A stretch of DNA of 64,000 bases from Pecten maximus (taxonomy: Eukaryota): contig NC_047024.1 of assembly GCF_902652985.1 (NCBI RefSeq), positions 22,692,001 through 22,756,000 on the forward strand. Direction: 5' to 3'. The notes under the pieces were generated by a model. The model had not been told where the DNA came from and ran no database searches. It saw only the letters and a list, made by a program, of their open reading frames with translations. Position numbers and translations under genes: made by a program. Shown piece by piece: positions 15,401 to 29,544 of the stretch. Numbering within the stretch: the stretch's first letter is position 1; every line of letters begins with the position of its first letter.

Positions 15401-18400
15401 TTACTGTATGCCGCACAACTAATAAAGGATACATGGCCTATTTAAAGTCACAATAACAAACAGTATTAACGGGTATCTAACCCGGATGTAATATTGTATC
15501 CGAAAGTATTTATGACGCAACATATCTCTACAATGTTTTCTTTTATGAATGAAGGCGTTCGAATCTTGGTCAGATAACATATTATCTAAGAGTGATTGAC
15601 CTAAATTCAATACCATATTGAAATCCACTTACCATCGTCGACGACCTTTGAGACATCTACATTCTTTTCCGTGGCGATGAAACCAAGGACTGAGAAGATG
15701 ACGAGACCAGCGAACACACTTGTACCACAGTTGATACAGCAGACGATGAGTGCGTCACGGTAACAATTGTTGTTGAACTTGTTGTAACTGGACATGGCGA
15801 TCAGGCCACCGGAGCATGCGCTGAGAGAGTAGAAGATCTGGGTGGCTGCGTCACTCCAGACACGGGGGTCAAGTAAACGTTCAAAGTCAGGTTCTAGGTA
15901 GTAGAGAATACCTTTAGAGGCGCCGGGCAAGGTCACTCCACGGACGAACAGGACTGTCAGCATCACATAGGGGAAAATGGCGGTGAAATACACAACCTGT
16001 AGACAAACAATATTGGAACTTTAAAAATGTCTTTTCATCGCCTTTCATATAATATTTCACATTAAATTAATTTCTTTTAAATACAGCGTGAAAGAGGATA
16101 TATTCAACCAATCATACTATGCCTTACCTTTCCAAGTGACTGAATTCCTTTCAACAGTACCAAACCAACAACGAGCCAGGCGATGAAAAGGCAAATTACC
16201 AGATGCCACTCAATTGTTCCGAAGTCGTCAATGCTTTCAGACTGATTCAGGACGTTCCGTCTAAAATGTAACCAGAGCATCCATTAGAAAATAGTGTTCA
16301 CTACTGCACAATTTGAGGTGCCCTATTACTTTATCTATCGAGGAGCCTGTCTGAAATGTGTCAGCCCAACGCCATTTTGAAAGTCGAAAGATCAATGATG
16401 TTAAATGGTACATGGTTTTAATGTGTTAAAATATTAGAAAAACAAGATAAAATTGTAATACATGTGAATGATTCTTTCTCCAATTTAAGTAAATTCACCA
16501 TATGATGATTAAAACACATACGTTATATCATTTAGAAAGCGAACTTGAGCTGTGTGAAATTTACGACTATTGAATGCAATATGAAAATGATTGAACACAT
16601 GATATTTAATTACCTGTAATATTCTTCAGTGGGCGTCTTGAAAATGGATGGACTTGGAAGGATTGTTGAATTGGAATCTGCAATATCAAAAGATGTATTG
16701 TTATAAATTAGTTGAATTGGAATCCTATATATTAACAGCATATTTATTGTTATATATCAGAACTTGACAGGTTTCATGAAGGGTAACAAATAGAATATCA
16801 ATTTCAGATTTAACATACTTGATGTGTTACTCTTGGCAACATGGTGATCAAAGGGCAGACAACTGTTGGTGTTCCAGGTGTTGTCACATGACTCCCAGGG
16901 CAGAACATCAGTGAAGGATTTAAACAGGTAGTAGAGGACATGGGAAATGACGACATTGTAATATAGACCAATCAACAACGACACGATTACCATGGCGTAT
17001 CCAAGTCCTGCAAATACAAGGTCATGGTCAGATTTAATAAACTAATAGAACAACTAAACCGATTTTTACATCATCAACGTAGAGAATATGATGAACACAA
17101 GTGTATTGTTAAGGGAAAAGTAGATATATATTTTAATGTACGTACCTTTAAATAAGGGGCTAAGCTTCCAGATGGCGATGGGTCCAAGGCTAGCGTACTG
17201 TCCCATAACTAACTCCATGTAGAACAAGGGCAGACCAACAAGTGCCAACATCAGAGTGTAGGGAATCAGGAAGGCACCTTAAAATATAATCAAGGTAAAT
17301 ATGGTCAGAAAACATACCACTTGGTAAAGACGACAGAAAAACACAAAAAAAATTACCTTTTTTATACTGATGATATTATTTTACAATCACTTATATGATC
17401 ATGTGACAACTGACATGTAGGAATGGGGGAATTCAGCAGCAATTATAGAACAAAAATAGCACAGAGAAAGTTTCATTTGAAGTTTCACCTCTTCAGGTGA
17501 TCTTCCGGGGAATTGAAAGTCTGTTGGAAATACATGTATATGTCTACACCCGTTTATTTTGATTGTATCGGTAATAATCAGCATTCCTAGTTTATGATTA
17601 AAGGAATATGGTCCTATGAACAAAACTTAAAGAGAATATTTACATTGTAATTGCGATCACAGGGACTGATCCCAAGTACGTGGTATATTTGCCAAGACAT
17701 GTTAAGATAATTACAGCCGCCTTAGCGTTCAGCCGATTTCGATTGCCATCGCAAATGCAATTGAAGCACATGTACTGCACACGGCCTCACGCTTTGTTTA
17801 CATTCCCGCTGCTTCAGTGTGTCAATTTATTAAATTTGTATCATCACTTGTTAACACACAGCTGTCGTTTTGATAAAACGTGTAATACAATAAAGTGGAT
17901 TCGATTTAACTATGACGTCAAACCGTCAAGCTGTGTCAATTGTACGTAATGCATGGCTTTGTCATTTGTGTTGTCAAGGAAGAGACACTTCAAAAACGTT
18001 AAGCCGCTATTTAACATACGTATTCCCGCGGTTAGATACGGAGGCTGGGAATGAACCGTTTAGAAAATTGATCATATATCATAGAGCTCATATTTTACCT
18101 CAAACAGAAGTAAATAATATATATCAGGTTAGAGTGGAATACGTTCTATACAGGAAACTGTCAGAGAAATTTGAGATATAAAAATTCAGTGTATTAGACT
18201 TAATGTAATGACGTATAAAAATCAATATTCTAAACATGAAATATTGATGTCGCGCTGTACACACAACGCAAGTGTGTTACTGATTAATAGATCATATCTT
18301 TCACTTATATAGCTACATAATTCAAAATTCTGAGAGATTACATGTTTCCTCTCACAAAATGTCACCAGAAGCAACATCAACCCATCATTTACCTTACGCG

Positions 18401-21001
18401 TTCCCCTTAAGAGGTTTCTATAAGAATAAGATTCAAATTAGCTTGATTAAGTTAACCGGACTCCGACAATCAGACCCCATGAAAATAAATCGATCTCTGC
18501 TTCAGACAGTGATGACGCAAATGGCTGGGTTCCGGAAGCATCAGGGAATACAAGCGCGTGCCGATGCTTAATATAGACATATCCAAAATAGAAACACATT
18601 ACTTATATACGATTTTTACCAGGGATGCTGCTGAGAGAATAGAATCACGGCTGACATTTTTATGGCATCTTCAATACATAGAACATATTAAGACGAATTA
18701 GGAGCGTTTTCAGCTATAACTTAATTCCCAGGTCAACCCAGTCTGTCTACAATAACAATTATGTTTATTGTATAATGCACTTGCATAACCGACTTCCCTC
18801 GTAGAATATTTAATTTTCATTGGTTGGAAAACTCACCTCCGCCATTCCGGTAGCAAAGATAAGGGAACCTCCAAACGTTTCCGAGACCAACAGCGTATCC
18901 CACGCATGTCAGGATAAATTCCATTTTCCCTCCCCATTCCGCTCTCTCCTCGTTATTACTCTCCTGTGAGCTGCCGATACTTCCGGAACTGTTTTGATTA
19001 TCGGCAAATGGTTCTGATTTAAAACTGGGTTCGACTTCAGTCTGAAAAAGTACAAAAAATATATTTTCGTTAAAAATTTGTCAAAAACACGAATTTAAAT
19101 CTGTACGCTATTGATTGTTTAACATTCGTTTCTGTGACAAAACATTCACTAGTAAATGGTAAGCTCAGGTCGGCAACTAAGTCGGAATTGGTTTTATCGC
19201 TTGTTGTCATCATGAGTTTAATTTTCATCAGAGAAAAATATTAGATATACCAGGAAGTATGGTGAGTGGCACAGTCGTAACACATTTGCCTATCAGCTAG
19301 GCGGCCCGGGTTCGATTCCCAATCGAACATGAAAAGCTAAGGGATCACCTGCCTGATCAGGAGGGTTTCCTCTGGGTACTCCGGTTTCCCCCCACATTAA
19401 GACCCCTCGCACATATCCGGGTCATACAAAGTGATTAATATAAGCTGATATACGTATAACTTTTTTCACAATTGGAGTAAAATATATCAAGTTTATCGTA
19501 CGTATATTTGTTAACGCCATCGTAAACCGACGTCATTTGACGATTTTCACCGCCGTGCATCAACAACAAAACGTAGTGCCTGTTTCATTTTCTTAATGAA
19601 CTACAAAGTTTTTGATTGGTTATAAAATAAGATATAATGTGTGTGACGAACAAAATTCTAACTGTGTTAAAGCACTCGATAGAAATGTTACTCAAAGTTA
19701 ATTGCTAATGGAAAAGCATGCTTTCAATTTCCATAGTTAAAATTTCCTAAAGGCGTAATGTTTTGATAGGAAAGTGATTGTAAATAGATACAGCTTTGTG
19801 GTATTGTTAGCATAATGATTGCGAGTTCAATACGGAGCAACCACTTCCATGGTTTGGTCATTCGGTAGGAACGTGAGATATTACGTTGACAGTTTCGTAA
19901 TATTGTTGATGTTGACACTAAACAATGAAGGAGATTGACAACATATCTGACAAGCAAACATCGTCAACGCTGACAAACCTAATACTACTATGGCCACACC
20001 GCAATATTTACATTGACTACCACTGAACAGGATGCTATATAAGTATGTACGTGTTTAAAAGTCTTAATCCTGCCGAAATTAAACATATGAGTTCTGATAG
20101 GCATTAGTTACCTTTAAAACGGGTTTTCAAAATATTTATATGTCCTCCTTGGTTGAGTATTTCGGTATTTTAAATATTTAATTCTATAGGTATAGATGGG
20201 TAAAAACACGCCTAAAATCGTTAATAATCTACATATTGTACGGATTTAATCGTGAAATCAATTTGTAAAGCTATTTCAATTAATTTTGAAAATATAACTC
20301 TGAAGCATGTGCGTTAATTCTTTAATAGCTATCTTCAGCAGTGACCACTTATACAATATTAGCTTCATCTTCAGTGCTTCCTATGATAGTAGCTCTTACT
20401 CACTGACCACACAATGGCCGGATTACTGACCACGCGGGGGCACTACACACGTGATATTCATATCGGAATACTACACTAATTGGGAGTGTATTACTTCTAT
20501 AGCTTAGCGAGTAAAAATAGACTTGACCTATTGACTGACGGCCATGCATATGCTGACCGGTAGCCACGTGTGGTCAATGTATGTGTCAGAAGCAGATATA
20601 GTTACAAGCTTTATCGAGACAGATCGGTAACTAAATCCGGTAATTTTCTAACACAATGCATGTTTTATCGATCCTATCGATCCTATTCCCCACAACAATG
20701 ATGCAATCTACCTGTACAGGTGAAGATAACAAATGCCTTTAAATGTATTCAGGGTGCGCCGTGTAGGCTGTTCAGTGTATGGCAATAAAGCATTGAAAAA
20801 TGGCGCGAAAACTGGGAAAATATTTACAGATCCTGTTTCTACCAGCACGAGAGCACGAGTACTCCACGTGGGTGATCGGTCAGTAACCCTGACCCTTGGT
20901 CATCTGTTTCGCAGATGGTCAGCATATTAATGAATACACCACAGGCCAGTCCGCCAATTAGTCAACGATCCTGTGCGAAATATTACTCAATACGCGCCCA
21001 G

Positions 21002-21036
<35 letters not shown>

Positions 21037-22261
21037 CCCTCCCCTTGAGAAAATTAACACACAAAATGTATCATACGCGTTAGATTGCTTTCATCTGTAT
21101 TTCCAAGTCAAATTAGCATTTTATATTTATATAAAAATGTTCTGTAACTATTTGTGTTTACTAACCAGAAACATCACAATTGTACAATTAAAAAGCATGA
21201 CTTCCACTTGACGAACTCGTTTCCTGTGTAAAATTTGTATGGGCATAGAAACCTTCCCTTTCTACGGTCTGTAACTTTGGAATACATGTTCTGTTGGCTT
21301 ACAGTGGTAATGAGCTCGTTATCGACAGGAGTGTGAATACCAACCGAAGAGCCCAAGAAATGAATCATATCCTCCCAGTGGTGTGCCCGGGTGTATAATT
21401 AATAAAACTTGAAAATTATTGGCTTTACGAAAAATATAACAGAGTTGTAAGGTTTCCCGGGAATTCACTTCCTCCAAAATTAATGAAAAAACAAACAAAC
21501 AAACAAACAACTCCCTGTTTCAGAAATATGTAAATGTATACATTTTTCTCTGTAACTCCATGTATGGCGATCACACGAACCGGAAACAACGTCGGTACCG
21601 ATGTGGTACTATGGGTTTAAGTAATTAGGTTAAATTAATACATAAATATATGTAGGTACTTGAACATATTAGCAGAACGAGAAAAATGGTATTTTTCTGT
21701 ACGGGATTTTCTGAAATAAAATTTACAACCAATGCTGTTTTACTGGTGGGATTCTCCGAGTGGCTTATTTATGTATGAAAACAAGTTCCCCGTCGGGGGC
21801 CCCAACGTACCGGTTTGAGTGCAAAATAATCATGTTTCGTGGAAATTTAGAAATTTCACAACAGGAAATATATGATTTTATGCTTGAAATGGATAAACAT
21901 GACAAAGAGTAAATAATCATTTCTAAAATATTGATAATGATGTAGTAGATTTAACGAAATTCATTAAAACATGTCTATCGAGGGCGATACTTAACGTATC
22001 CAGACAACATACCTTAGCATACATTATCGATCATTTCACTGTTTCATTTAAAATGAATGGAACACTTGATGAAATTGATTTCAGAATAAATATCACAATC
22101 TAGATACAATTCAAAATTTTACTTACAACTGTAATGGTCATTCCATCCCCAATGTCCAGTTTCATAGGTTCATTTTGGCGGTCAGTTACGTCCAGAGCTT
22201 CAGCGGCGAACATAGCGTCGGTTTCACTTTCGCCAACAGGTATGGCGATATTACCTTTCAT
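12431..22261 (-). CDS. SLC6/NSS Na+/Cl--dependent amino-acid transporter (GlyT/PROT/ATB0,+-like), complete, 13 exons, 709 aa
   Basis: Exons (minus): 22261-22127, 19041-18837, 17277-17146, 17007-16819, 16677-16614, 16260-16128, 15996-15633, 15328-15216, 14959-14825, 14525-14426, 14090-13990, 13424-13263, 12727-12431. All are GT-AG with compatible phases and sum to 2130 nt. Signature motifs: [65 protein letters not shown]. Exon 1 is less certain than the rest. Confidence 0.95.
19258..19495 (+). mobile_element. tRNA-headed V-domain-like SINE in intron 1 of SLC6-B
   Basis: A-box-like TGGCACAGTCG, B box GGTTCGATTCC, then GGGTTTCCTCTGGGTACTCCGGTTTCCCCCCAC (V-domain-like) and an A/T tail. Confidence 0.8.
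21002..21035 (+). repeat. poly-C tract (~34 nt)
   Basis: Seen directly. Confidence 0.95.
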
Positions 22262-22339
22262 GTTTATGTTTGGTTTGTTTTTGTTATTGTTTACAATCTC
22301 AATTTTAACTTTCCGGACCTTCCTTGGTCCGTATCTGTT

Positions 22340-22500
22340 TTAATATTGAGATGTTGATTTCATCAACGTGTTTATATATTTACGTTCTCGTCTGGCTCGC
22401 TGACAATCATCTCATTACCAAATCAGCCAATCAAACGGCGCGAGGAAACCCCCATTCATAAGATTAATGCAAATAAGATTTATACTGCGCATGCGTGAAC
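22340..22500 (-). promoter_or_regulatory. Putative core promoter of SLC6 paralogue B
   Basis: TATATAAA on minus at 22378-22371, ~110 nt upstream of the ATG; CCAAT box near 22426; octamer ATGCAAAT at 22467-22474; NRF1-like TGCGCATGCG near 22486. Motif match only. Confidence 0.45.
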
Positions 22501-23880
22501 TCTAGTAAAACATGACCTGAACTTTTCCACTACGTGTGCTTCCATGTACGTCACACAACACAACAAAAAGTGTGTGGGTTGAGATAAAAACACAACACAG
22601 AAGAATGCATCTTGGGATGGGATTGAGAAATAGTGAGGTCTAATCGATAACGAATGTTAGTAAACAAACAGAAATCAATTGATACGAAGTCAGCAAAACT
22701 ATTCAGTCATTCTAGATTGGGGAGGTACATGTATAACTATCGATTTGTGTAATATTCCAGATCTGAGATAAATATGAGGTCGAGTCAGTGACGCATATGG
22801 GACACACATGTGTTAATGAATCAAGTAGTCACATGTTCTCCAACGTCATGTGTACGATACAACGCTTTAAATAGTTCAGTTTAACACATAATTACTTAAT
22901 AACACGACATTTTTCAATTTATTTTCGTTTTATATCAATACAAAATCAAATTTTAGTGTGTACGTTTTTGAACCGAGTTGTTGATGTGATATGTACATGC
23001 TTACTAGCTTCCGTCACAATTCCTAGTATTGTTCAAGTATACGGACTAGCTAACCCTTGTGTATGACAACCCAACTTGGCATTTACACGATATCTTATTT
23101 ATCTATATAAGATATTTCATTTTTTTAAAAGATATCTACTAGATTAGATATCTTATTTATTCTATTCAATGTAAGTTATCTTATTTAATTTTTATAATAT
23201 TTTTAAATACATAAAATAAGAGTAAATAAGATATCTTTTGAGGTATATAAGATATCTCATGTATTATGTAAGACTTCATATAAAAAATACCCGGGTATAA
23301 TATTTCTTATCAAGTATATAGGATATTGCATATAAAAAATAATTTGGTTGGCTACAATTTCAACATTGCTCCATAATAAATGACTTGCATTTGGCCTGTC
23401 ATACTTGTGGTTCATGTGACATATTCTGCAAACAAAGAAAACGTAAACAGGACATTTTAGAGCAACATTATCAGGGAACAAAATCAAATATTTCCTTTTA
23501 TAAAAAAAATAAAGATAAATAAACAACAACAAAAACAACAAGCAAACAAAATCCTGCAGTCGCTCTAACAGGAAAGGTGTAACATTATCTTAAATGAACA
23601 GACATAACATTCCGGAAATTGATAAGTACAGCAGACAAGTGGTATTCGGATTTAACACGGAGGTATGTCAAAGTGTAAATATGCATGATGGTATCGTACA
23701 TGACAGTATAGTGTGAAAAAACATATTTCACTGAAATATAATAATGTTTGTTCTGAAATTTTCATTTTTATCTTGAGATTTAAGATTTACTGAAACGTTT
23801 GCTTTTTTGGTTTTATTTACATATGTTTAAGTTGAAGATGTGCATATATAATTCTGGTTGATGCCTTAGGACTTTGGCAT

Positions 23881-24033
23881 ACACACGTGGACCTGACATT
23901 TTATTAAGTCTGTGTGTTGTGTCCTATCCCGATATGTAGGTAGTACCTGTATTATAAGATGTTAAATAATCGTTATATACACGTTGGGATAGGTGCAAAT
24001 ACCCACACTCAATAAAATCTCGGGTCCATGTGT
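23881..24033. mobile_element. Degenerate MITE / foldback
   Basis: ACACGTGGACCTGACATTTTATTAAGT..CCTATCCC is inverted with GGGATAGG..ACTCAATAAAATCTCGGGTCCATGTGT. Confidence 0.7.
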
Positions 24034-24589
24034 CTGTTCCCGCCAGGGGGCACTGCTTATCAAACCACAATAATACTTCACACGAGGATTGGTCCCTTAC
24101 TGGGAAACCGTAATCCGATAATTAATGTGCATTTTCCGTTTAGGGATAACCGGATAAGCTGTCTTATCAGAATAGAAGCACGGCTTTTGTACGTTTAGAT
24201 AGCATGCGCACGGATTTAGTCATAAATAAAACACTGTAAAGTGCCCCTGTCATCATGGTGTTATAAATGTTTCTGTTTGGTTTCAATATATCTATAGTAG
24301 GGAGAATCGAACTGATTCATCTTACGTAATCCATGGGATTTTAATGACGTAATGAAAATAAATTAGTTTCAGTGTCTACCTCTACAGTAACCAGACTAAA
24401 TTTGATATCTTTTTGATATTTTCTAAATTTTCAAACTGCACTAATTTAACACACGGGTTTTTGTTTGCTTGTTTTGGTCTTTTTAGGCCAGATTTATCTA
24501 TTTATTTTTTAACCACATGGAACACAATATTTTACAATGTCAAATATACATGGACATCAAGCCTCTGATATATTCCGACGATGGAGAAA

Positions 24590-25450
24590 AGATAAATCTG
24601 AATATATTTTCAAGCTAAAATCTTCTTTAAAAAGTTTCGCTGTAGGAACTTAATTTTCAAGCAAATTTTGATCAAACCTTTTAATTATTTGTCAAGTATA
24701 AGACTCCCTCGAACAAGTTCGTTTATGTCTATATCAGTGTGTCATGGTCCCAGACCACAATAATTACTTAAAGAAACTCTTTATCGTCGCTATTTCTGTC
24801 TTAATTTCCAATCAGATTTCGATTACATCTCAATTATTGGTCAAGTTAGGAAAACCTTGGAAAGGTCGCGTCTCAGAGCTCCAATGTCAACTTCACTGCA
24901 ATCGGCATTATTTATAGGGAATCGTTGACATCACTCTAGCGACTTATCTTAAAATGGATTTTGACCTATTATATATATTGATCAATTATGAGAAAACCTC
25001 GAGCAAGTTCGTGTTTCAGATTTTCAAGACAAAGGTCAAAAACAAAGTTACTGTTTGCAAAAAAACATTTATTGTTAATCTAGCGACTTCATTGTTTTAA
25101 AGATGTGTTTTCGCAAATGACCTCGAACGAAGGTGTTTCAGGGTTACAAGGATCAAAGTGAATGTCACAGTAACTTCTATAGAAAATCTTTGTCATATAA
25201 TATTATAACAACTTCATTTTAAGCAGATTCCAATTACACTTCATTTATTTGTCAAGCATTGGGAATATATTGGACGAGGTAATGTTTCCGGATGCCAAGG
25301 CCAAGGTCAAGCTCAATGTCAGTATTTATAAAGAATCGGACATCGCTCTGGTGGCTTCATTTTTCAATTGGTTTGCACCAAACTTCATGTTTTGGTCAAT
25401 TATGAGAATACAACAGCAACAACAGCAACAACAACGACGACGACGACAAA
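24590..25450. repeat. Degenerate tandem array (~150-bp-scale units) ending in a CAA/CGA microsatellite; Helentron-associated (HINE)-like
   Basis: Recurrent TT(G/T)GTCAA(G/T)T..GA..A.CCTCGA.CAAGTTCG and CAAGGTCA motifs. Confidence 0.5.
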
Positions 25451-25500
25451 TTTGGCTGGGGTTATGCATTCATGAACCAGTTATTGATAGTTATACCAGA

Positions 25501-25721
25501 ATATTTACCATTGTATGGCACTGCCACTATATAACCCTACCAATTCAGTTGCGAGTTCACCAGCTTATGAACTGCCAACTGAAATTTGAATTTGAAAATT
25601 TCGAAAAAAAAATCGCACGACAACTAAAAAATCGCAGATGGTAAATATAAGCATTGAACGGCTTTCAGTTGGCATTCATAGTCAATATGAATGCCAACTG
25701 AAAGCTGTTCAATGCTTAAAT
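25501..25721. mobile_element. Hairpin + short-IR non-autonomous element (Crypton-like), copy 1
   Basis: Palindrome 25643-25721 (AAATATAAGCATTGAAC...GTTCAATGCTTAAAT); perfect IR ATATTTACCAT 25501-25511 / ATGGTAAATAT 25638-25648. Confidence 0.65.
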
Positions 25722-26971
25722 GAACTTCAAATGACTGATTACGTCACTTCCGATCACATTGAACTTGAAACACACAACATATGATGGGACACCATTAGTT
25801 GCATTTTGCCTTATTTTAAGGAAAAATGGCTTTGAATGGAGAAAGAGAAATCAAACAGTGTCTTAAGAACAATTGGGGCGAACGGTTGTTCGGTATACAG
25901 ACCAGTATCACACATTTGTATAAACATTTTCATTGCAATTTCGTTTATGGACAACTCCGTTTTAATGCGTTCATACGACCAGGAATGCAATGAAATAACT
26001 TCCCATCCCCTCTCTTGTGAATGGCAAGACCATCGTTAGGTGCAAACATACAAAAGACGTCGCAACGTCATTTAAACGTTTGTGCCTAACGACGATTTCA
26101 CTCCAGGCGTTAGTAGAAAATATGAAATGTAATTATAAGAAATAAATGATGCTTTATATAACGTATTATGGTATGGCATTGTCCATCCGTCGTAAACTTC
26201 TTAATTAGTTCAGACATGTTTTGTTTGAAAATATTCCAAAGGAATTGGACACAAGTTGTACAACTTATAAACGTCCTTTTCCATAAACCGTAAACTTCTT
26301 CTCATCGGTATCTACATATATAATTATTTCGTAAGCTAAAGATTTGGATCAAAAGCTGGATCGACATTACTCTGTGAATAAACTAAATTCATTATTTTAA
26401 TACGGCTCCTCTTATGTGATTTCTTGTAGGAGTGTCCCACCCCATCCAGACATGTTCCCGATTCTCACCCCGGTTCCTCGGGATGCCCCGTCCTCGTTCG
26501 TGCCCCGTGACGTATCAACTTCATTATTTGTCGATCTATGTACATAATGTACAGGACATACAACAAAGCTGCTTATTAACGATGCCATTTGAAAACTTCC
26601 ATCAACATGTGAAAGCCTACATGATGAAATTTTCCTACATTTAAATTTCACAATATCTTATCCTCCCCGAAATCGTGTCCTGTTTGCATAAGCTATACCC
26701 TCGAGTGCATAGCTTACCTGCGCATACCTGTTGACACAAGTGGTCGGTAATGTATATCATAGGTGTGTACGAGAATGTCTCCTTTGTCCCCAAGATATTT
26801 TTATGAATGAAATATAACCCGCTCGGAGAATTTCGAAATTAAGATGCTCTGAAAATGTTATTCATGCATATACAGACATTTAAACTTTAACATACAGAAA
26901 GTAAATTGTATGGAATAAGTTGTTTTGATAGGAGCTAATGTTACCGATGTTAACATAAAAGTTATGCAGAT

Positions 26972-27066
26972 CACAGGGACCTGGCACCAATCCACAACAT
27001 ACAGCCCATATATAATATAATACAAATATATGGACCACGGTAAGGAATTTGTTCCATGTCCCTGTG
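26972..27066. mobile_element. Short MITE with CACAGGGAC termini
   Basis: CACAGGGACCTGG...CCATGTCCCTGTG inverted ends. Confidence 0.5.
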
Positions 27067-27444
27067 GTACTGGTGGCTATACAGACCCTGTTTCACACGG
27101 GTAGATTAATTGACCTACTAGCTGATTTTTATGTTTAAGTTAGTGATTTTGAAAACAATATCCCGAGTTTGTGCTTCGCAATGTAATATTTTAAATAGTA
27201 GAAAAGTTTTTTGTTTAGTTAAATGGAGACGATATGGAACTTATAAATAACAAATCAGATCAATGGGAGCACTTCCCAAATTACCATCTTAAAAAAATGG
27301 TAATTTGATTATAACGACATAAGCGACTAGTGCAGTATACACATCCATACCCACTGGTAGTATATAGTGGTACAGGTTTAGTTTAATTTAGGATTTTTTA
27401 ACGTCCTGTCAACACCAAAGGACATTTAAGGACGGTCTACCCTA

Positions 27445-27735
27445 TTGCTATTGAGTTGGTCTTTATAGACAGGGCTTGCTATTGAGATGGTCTTTATAGA
27501 CATGGCTTGTCATGGTGGTGGTCTTTATAGACAGGGCTTGCTATCGAGGTGTCTTTATATTCCTAATTTGTTATCGAGATGATCTTTATAGACAGGGTTT
27601 GTTTTCGAAGTGGTTTTTATATGCAGAGTTTGTTATGGAAATGATCTTTATATACAGGTTTTTAATGGAGCTGGTCTTTATTGACAGGTTTTTTGTTGCT
27701 GTTATACAGGTGGCTTCAGGGCAGATTCGACTGTA
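27445..27735. mobile_element. Tc1/mariner-pogo-type MITE remnant with ~30-bp internal tandem repeats
   Basis: About 8 copies of GAG(G/A)TGGTCTTTATAGACAGGG.TTG.TAT ending in TTCGACTG-TA; abuts an S1 SINE tail at 27375-27445. Confidence 0.6.
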
Positions 27736-28936
27736 TGATAAGCAATCTGTGACGTGTTCTACATGTGTCATCTTAGTTTGTACATGTATCTGGTATTGTC
27801 ATGAAAGTGTCTAGTAAGTTGTAAGAACCTCCATCCCTTTGTTATTCTTAAAATGTACCTGTATGGAAACATTTTACTTATACCCCCACACCTGTGTCCG
27901 TGTTTACAATGTACATGCGTTGCTTTCATAGCTACAGGAAATGTCGGCAGCGGTCATTCGAGCGTGACGTAGATACCATACGTAGTCATATAATGGATTC
28001 ATTTGTTCAAACATACTTTATTGAGAACAATAAAACTAGGTCCCTTTCATCCCAAAACAAATTACCGACAAGTAAACAGAATTGTTAATCTTAAAATCGA
28101 TAATACACTACCAAACTATATATAAGTTATATATTTACATGGAGACAGTTGAATAAGTACAATGAGACTAAGACCAGGTGTTCCGTAAGATAACCGTCTT
28201 CTGTTTCATTAACAACACTCGGGGTATAGGTCAAACCTAGGTTACTTGTATATCACGTTAATCACGTATCGGGTATATCAACAACTATAGAACACTTACT
28301 AACGTCATTTCGCACAAAGAGGTAACATATTTCTGGATGAGAGCATGGTGTTGAAAATCAAACTATTATACTTTGATAACGACAAAAAGTTTTAACAGAT
28401 CCGCAACTTTCATTACCTGCGTATTTACCTTTTCATTAACAGATATCCCGTATGTCCAGGAACTCGGCGAAATACATGTTTATGACAATTTTATATGAAG
28501 ATTATGGGGTAAATTTAGTATTTACCGTTTATATATATTATCAAGATTTCTGTTGTAGTAAGAATTGATGATTGCTATAAGAACATAACTAGTTTTAACG
28601 TGTTCTTCTGCAAAGAATATTGAAGCATCATTTTGAAGCCGGCACTTCAAGGCTGCATCTGTCACAGTCATTGCGGCAGCTACCTGCTGTTCTCCCTAGA
28701 ACCATCGGTGTAGAATTAAAGAAAGCCACTGTATTTTGATTACAGGTCCAAGAAAGTTGAACAGGAACAGTGTCAGATTTGATTGTTTCACGAATTAAAA
28801 ACCTGGGAGGAATTTGTAGAGATTTATTTGGGCACTTTCTAAAATGGAAGAATTGTTTATACCAATGCGAGTTTGTATTGTTTACCAGCCTATCAACAGC
28901 TGTGGTCATTTGTGTTTTAGGAGGCTGTGGTATGTT

Positions 28937-29544
28937 TTATTCTCCCACTGTTCACCGGTTAATCTCCAGGGTTAGACGTGAGAGATATCTCTGTCAACCC
29001 CTAGGGTATGACAGATTGCACGCGCTAACCTTCTGATCCGGAAGCACATGCGGAAGTACTTGATGAGTGACGTCACTAATAGTTCCCGCGTTGTTATTTA
29101 ATGTTAAATGTGCGTATGAGACACAGAGTTTTATGAAATGACAAAATGTTCTGTTGTTAACATCAGAATAGTATCACTGATACCTTATTTCAGTGGCCGT
29201 TTGAATAAATATTACGAATAATTTTAGATCTTTGTTTCCTTGTGTAATGATATTGGGATGCCATTTTTGGGTTGTGATAGGTGCTTCTTCAAATGAGGAT
29301 ATTCATACGCCGACCATGTGTATTTGTTTACAAACATACCTTGACCACCGATTTCATATGCAATTATTTAAGAAATCGGAGAAAAATAATCATTCCCTAC
29401 CTTGGGAGTGTGACAAAGAAATTTCAACCCTCGGGGAAATTCATGAATGTCCGACCCTCGGCAAGCCTCGGGTTGAACATTCATGAATTTCCCCGAGGGT
29501 TGAGGTTTCTTTGTCACACCCCCAAGGGAGGGAGAGATTCTATT
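28937..29544. mobile_element. Element with a ~160-bp terminal hairpin inserted into an S1 SINE
   Basis: Near-perfect palindrome 29385-29544. The S1 sequence stops at ~28936 (GGAGGCTGTGGTATGTT) and resumes at ~29545 (GTCTCC..TGATAGCG..GACTTTATAGTGCTA). Confidence 0.75.

Noticed and set aside
28160-28460. Penelope-like retroelement remnant
   Set aside because: Only faint resemblance; no motif could be translated with confidence.
28628-28909. Possible terminal exon (93-aa minus-strand ORF)
   Set aside because: No recognisable domain, no clear acceptor, and its start overlaps a SINE tail; left unresolved.
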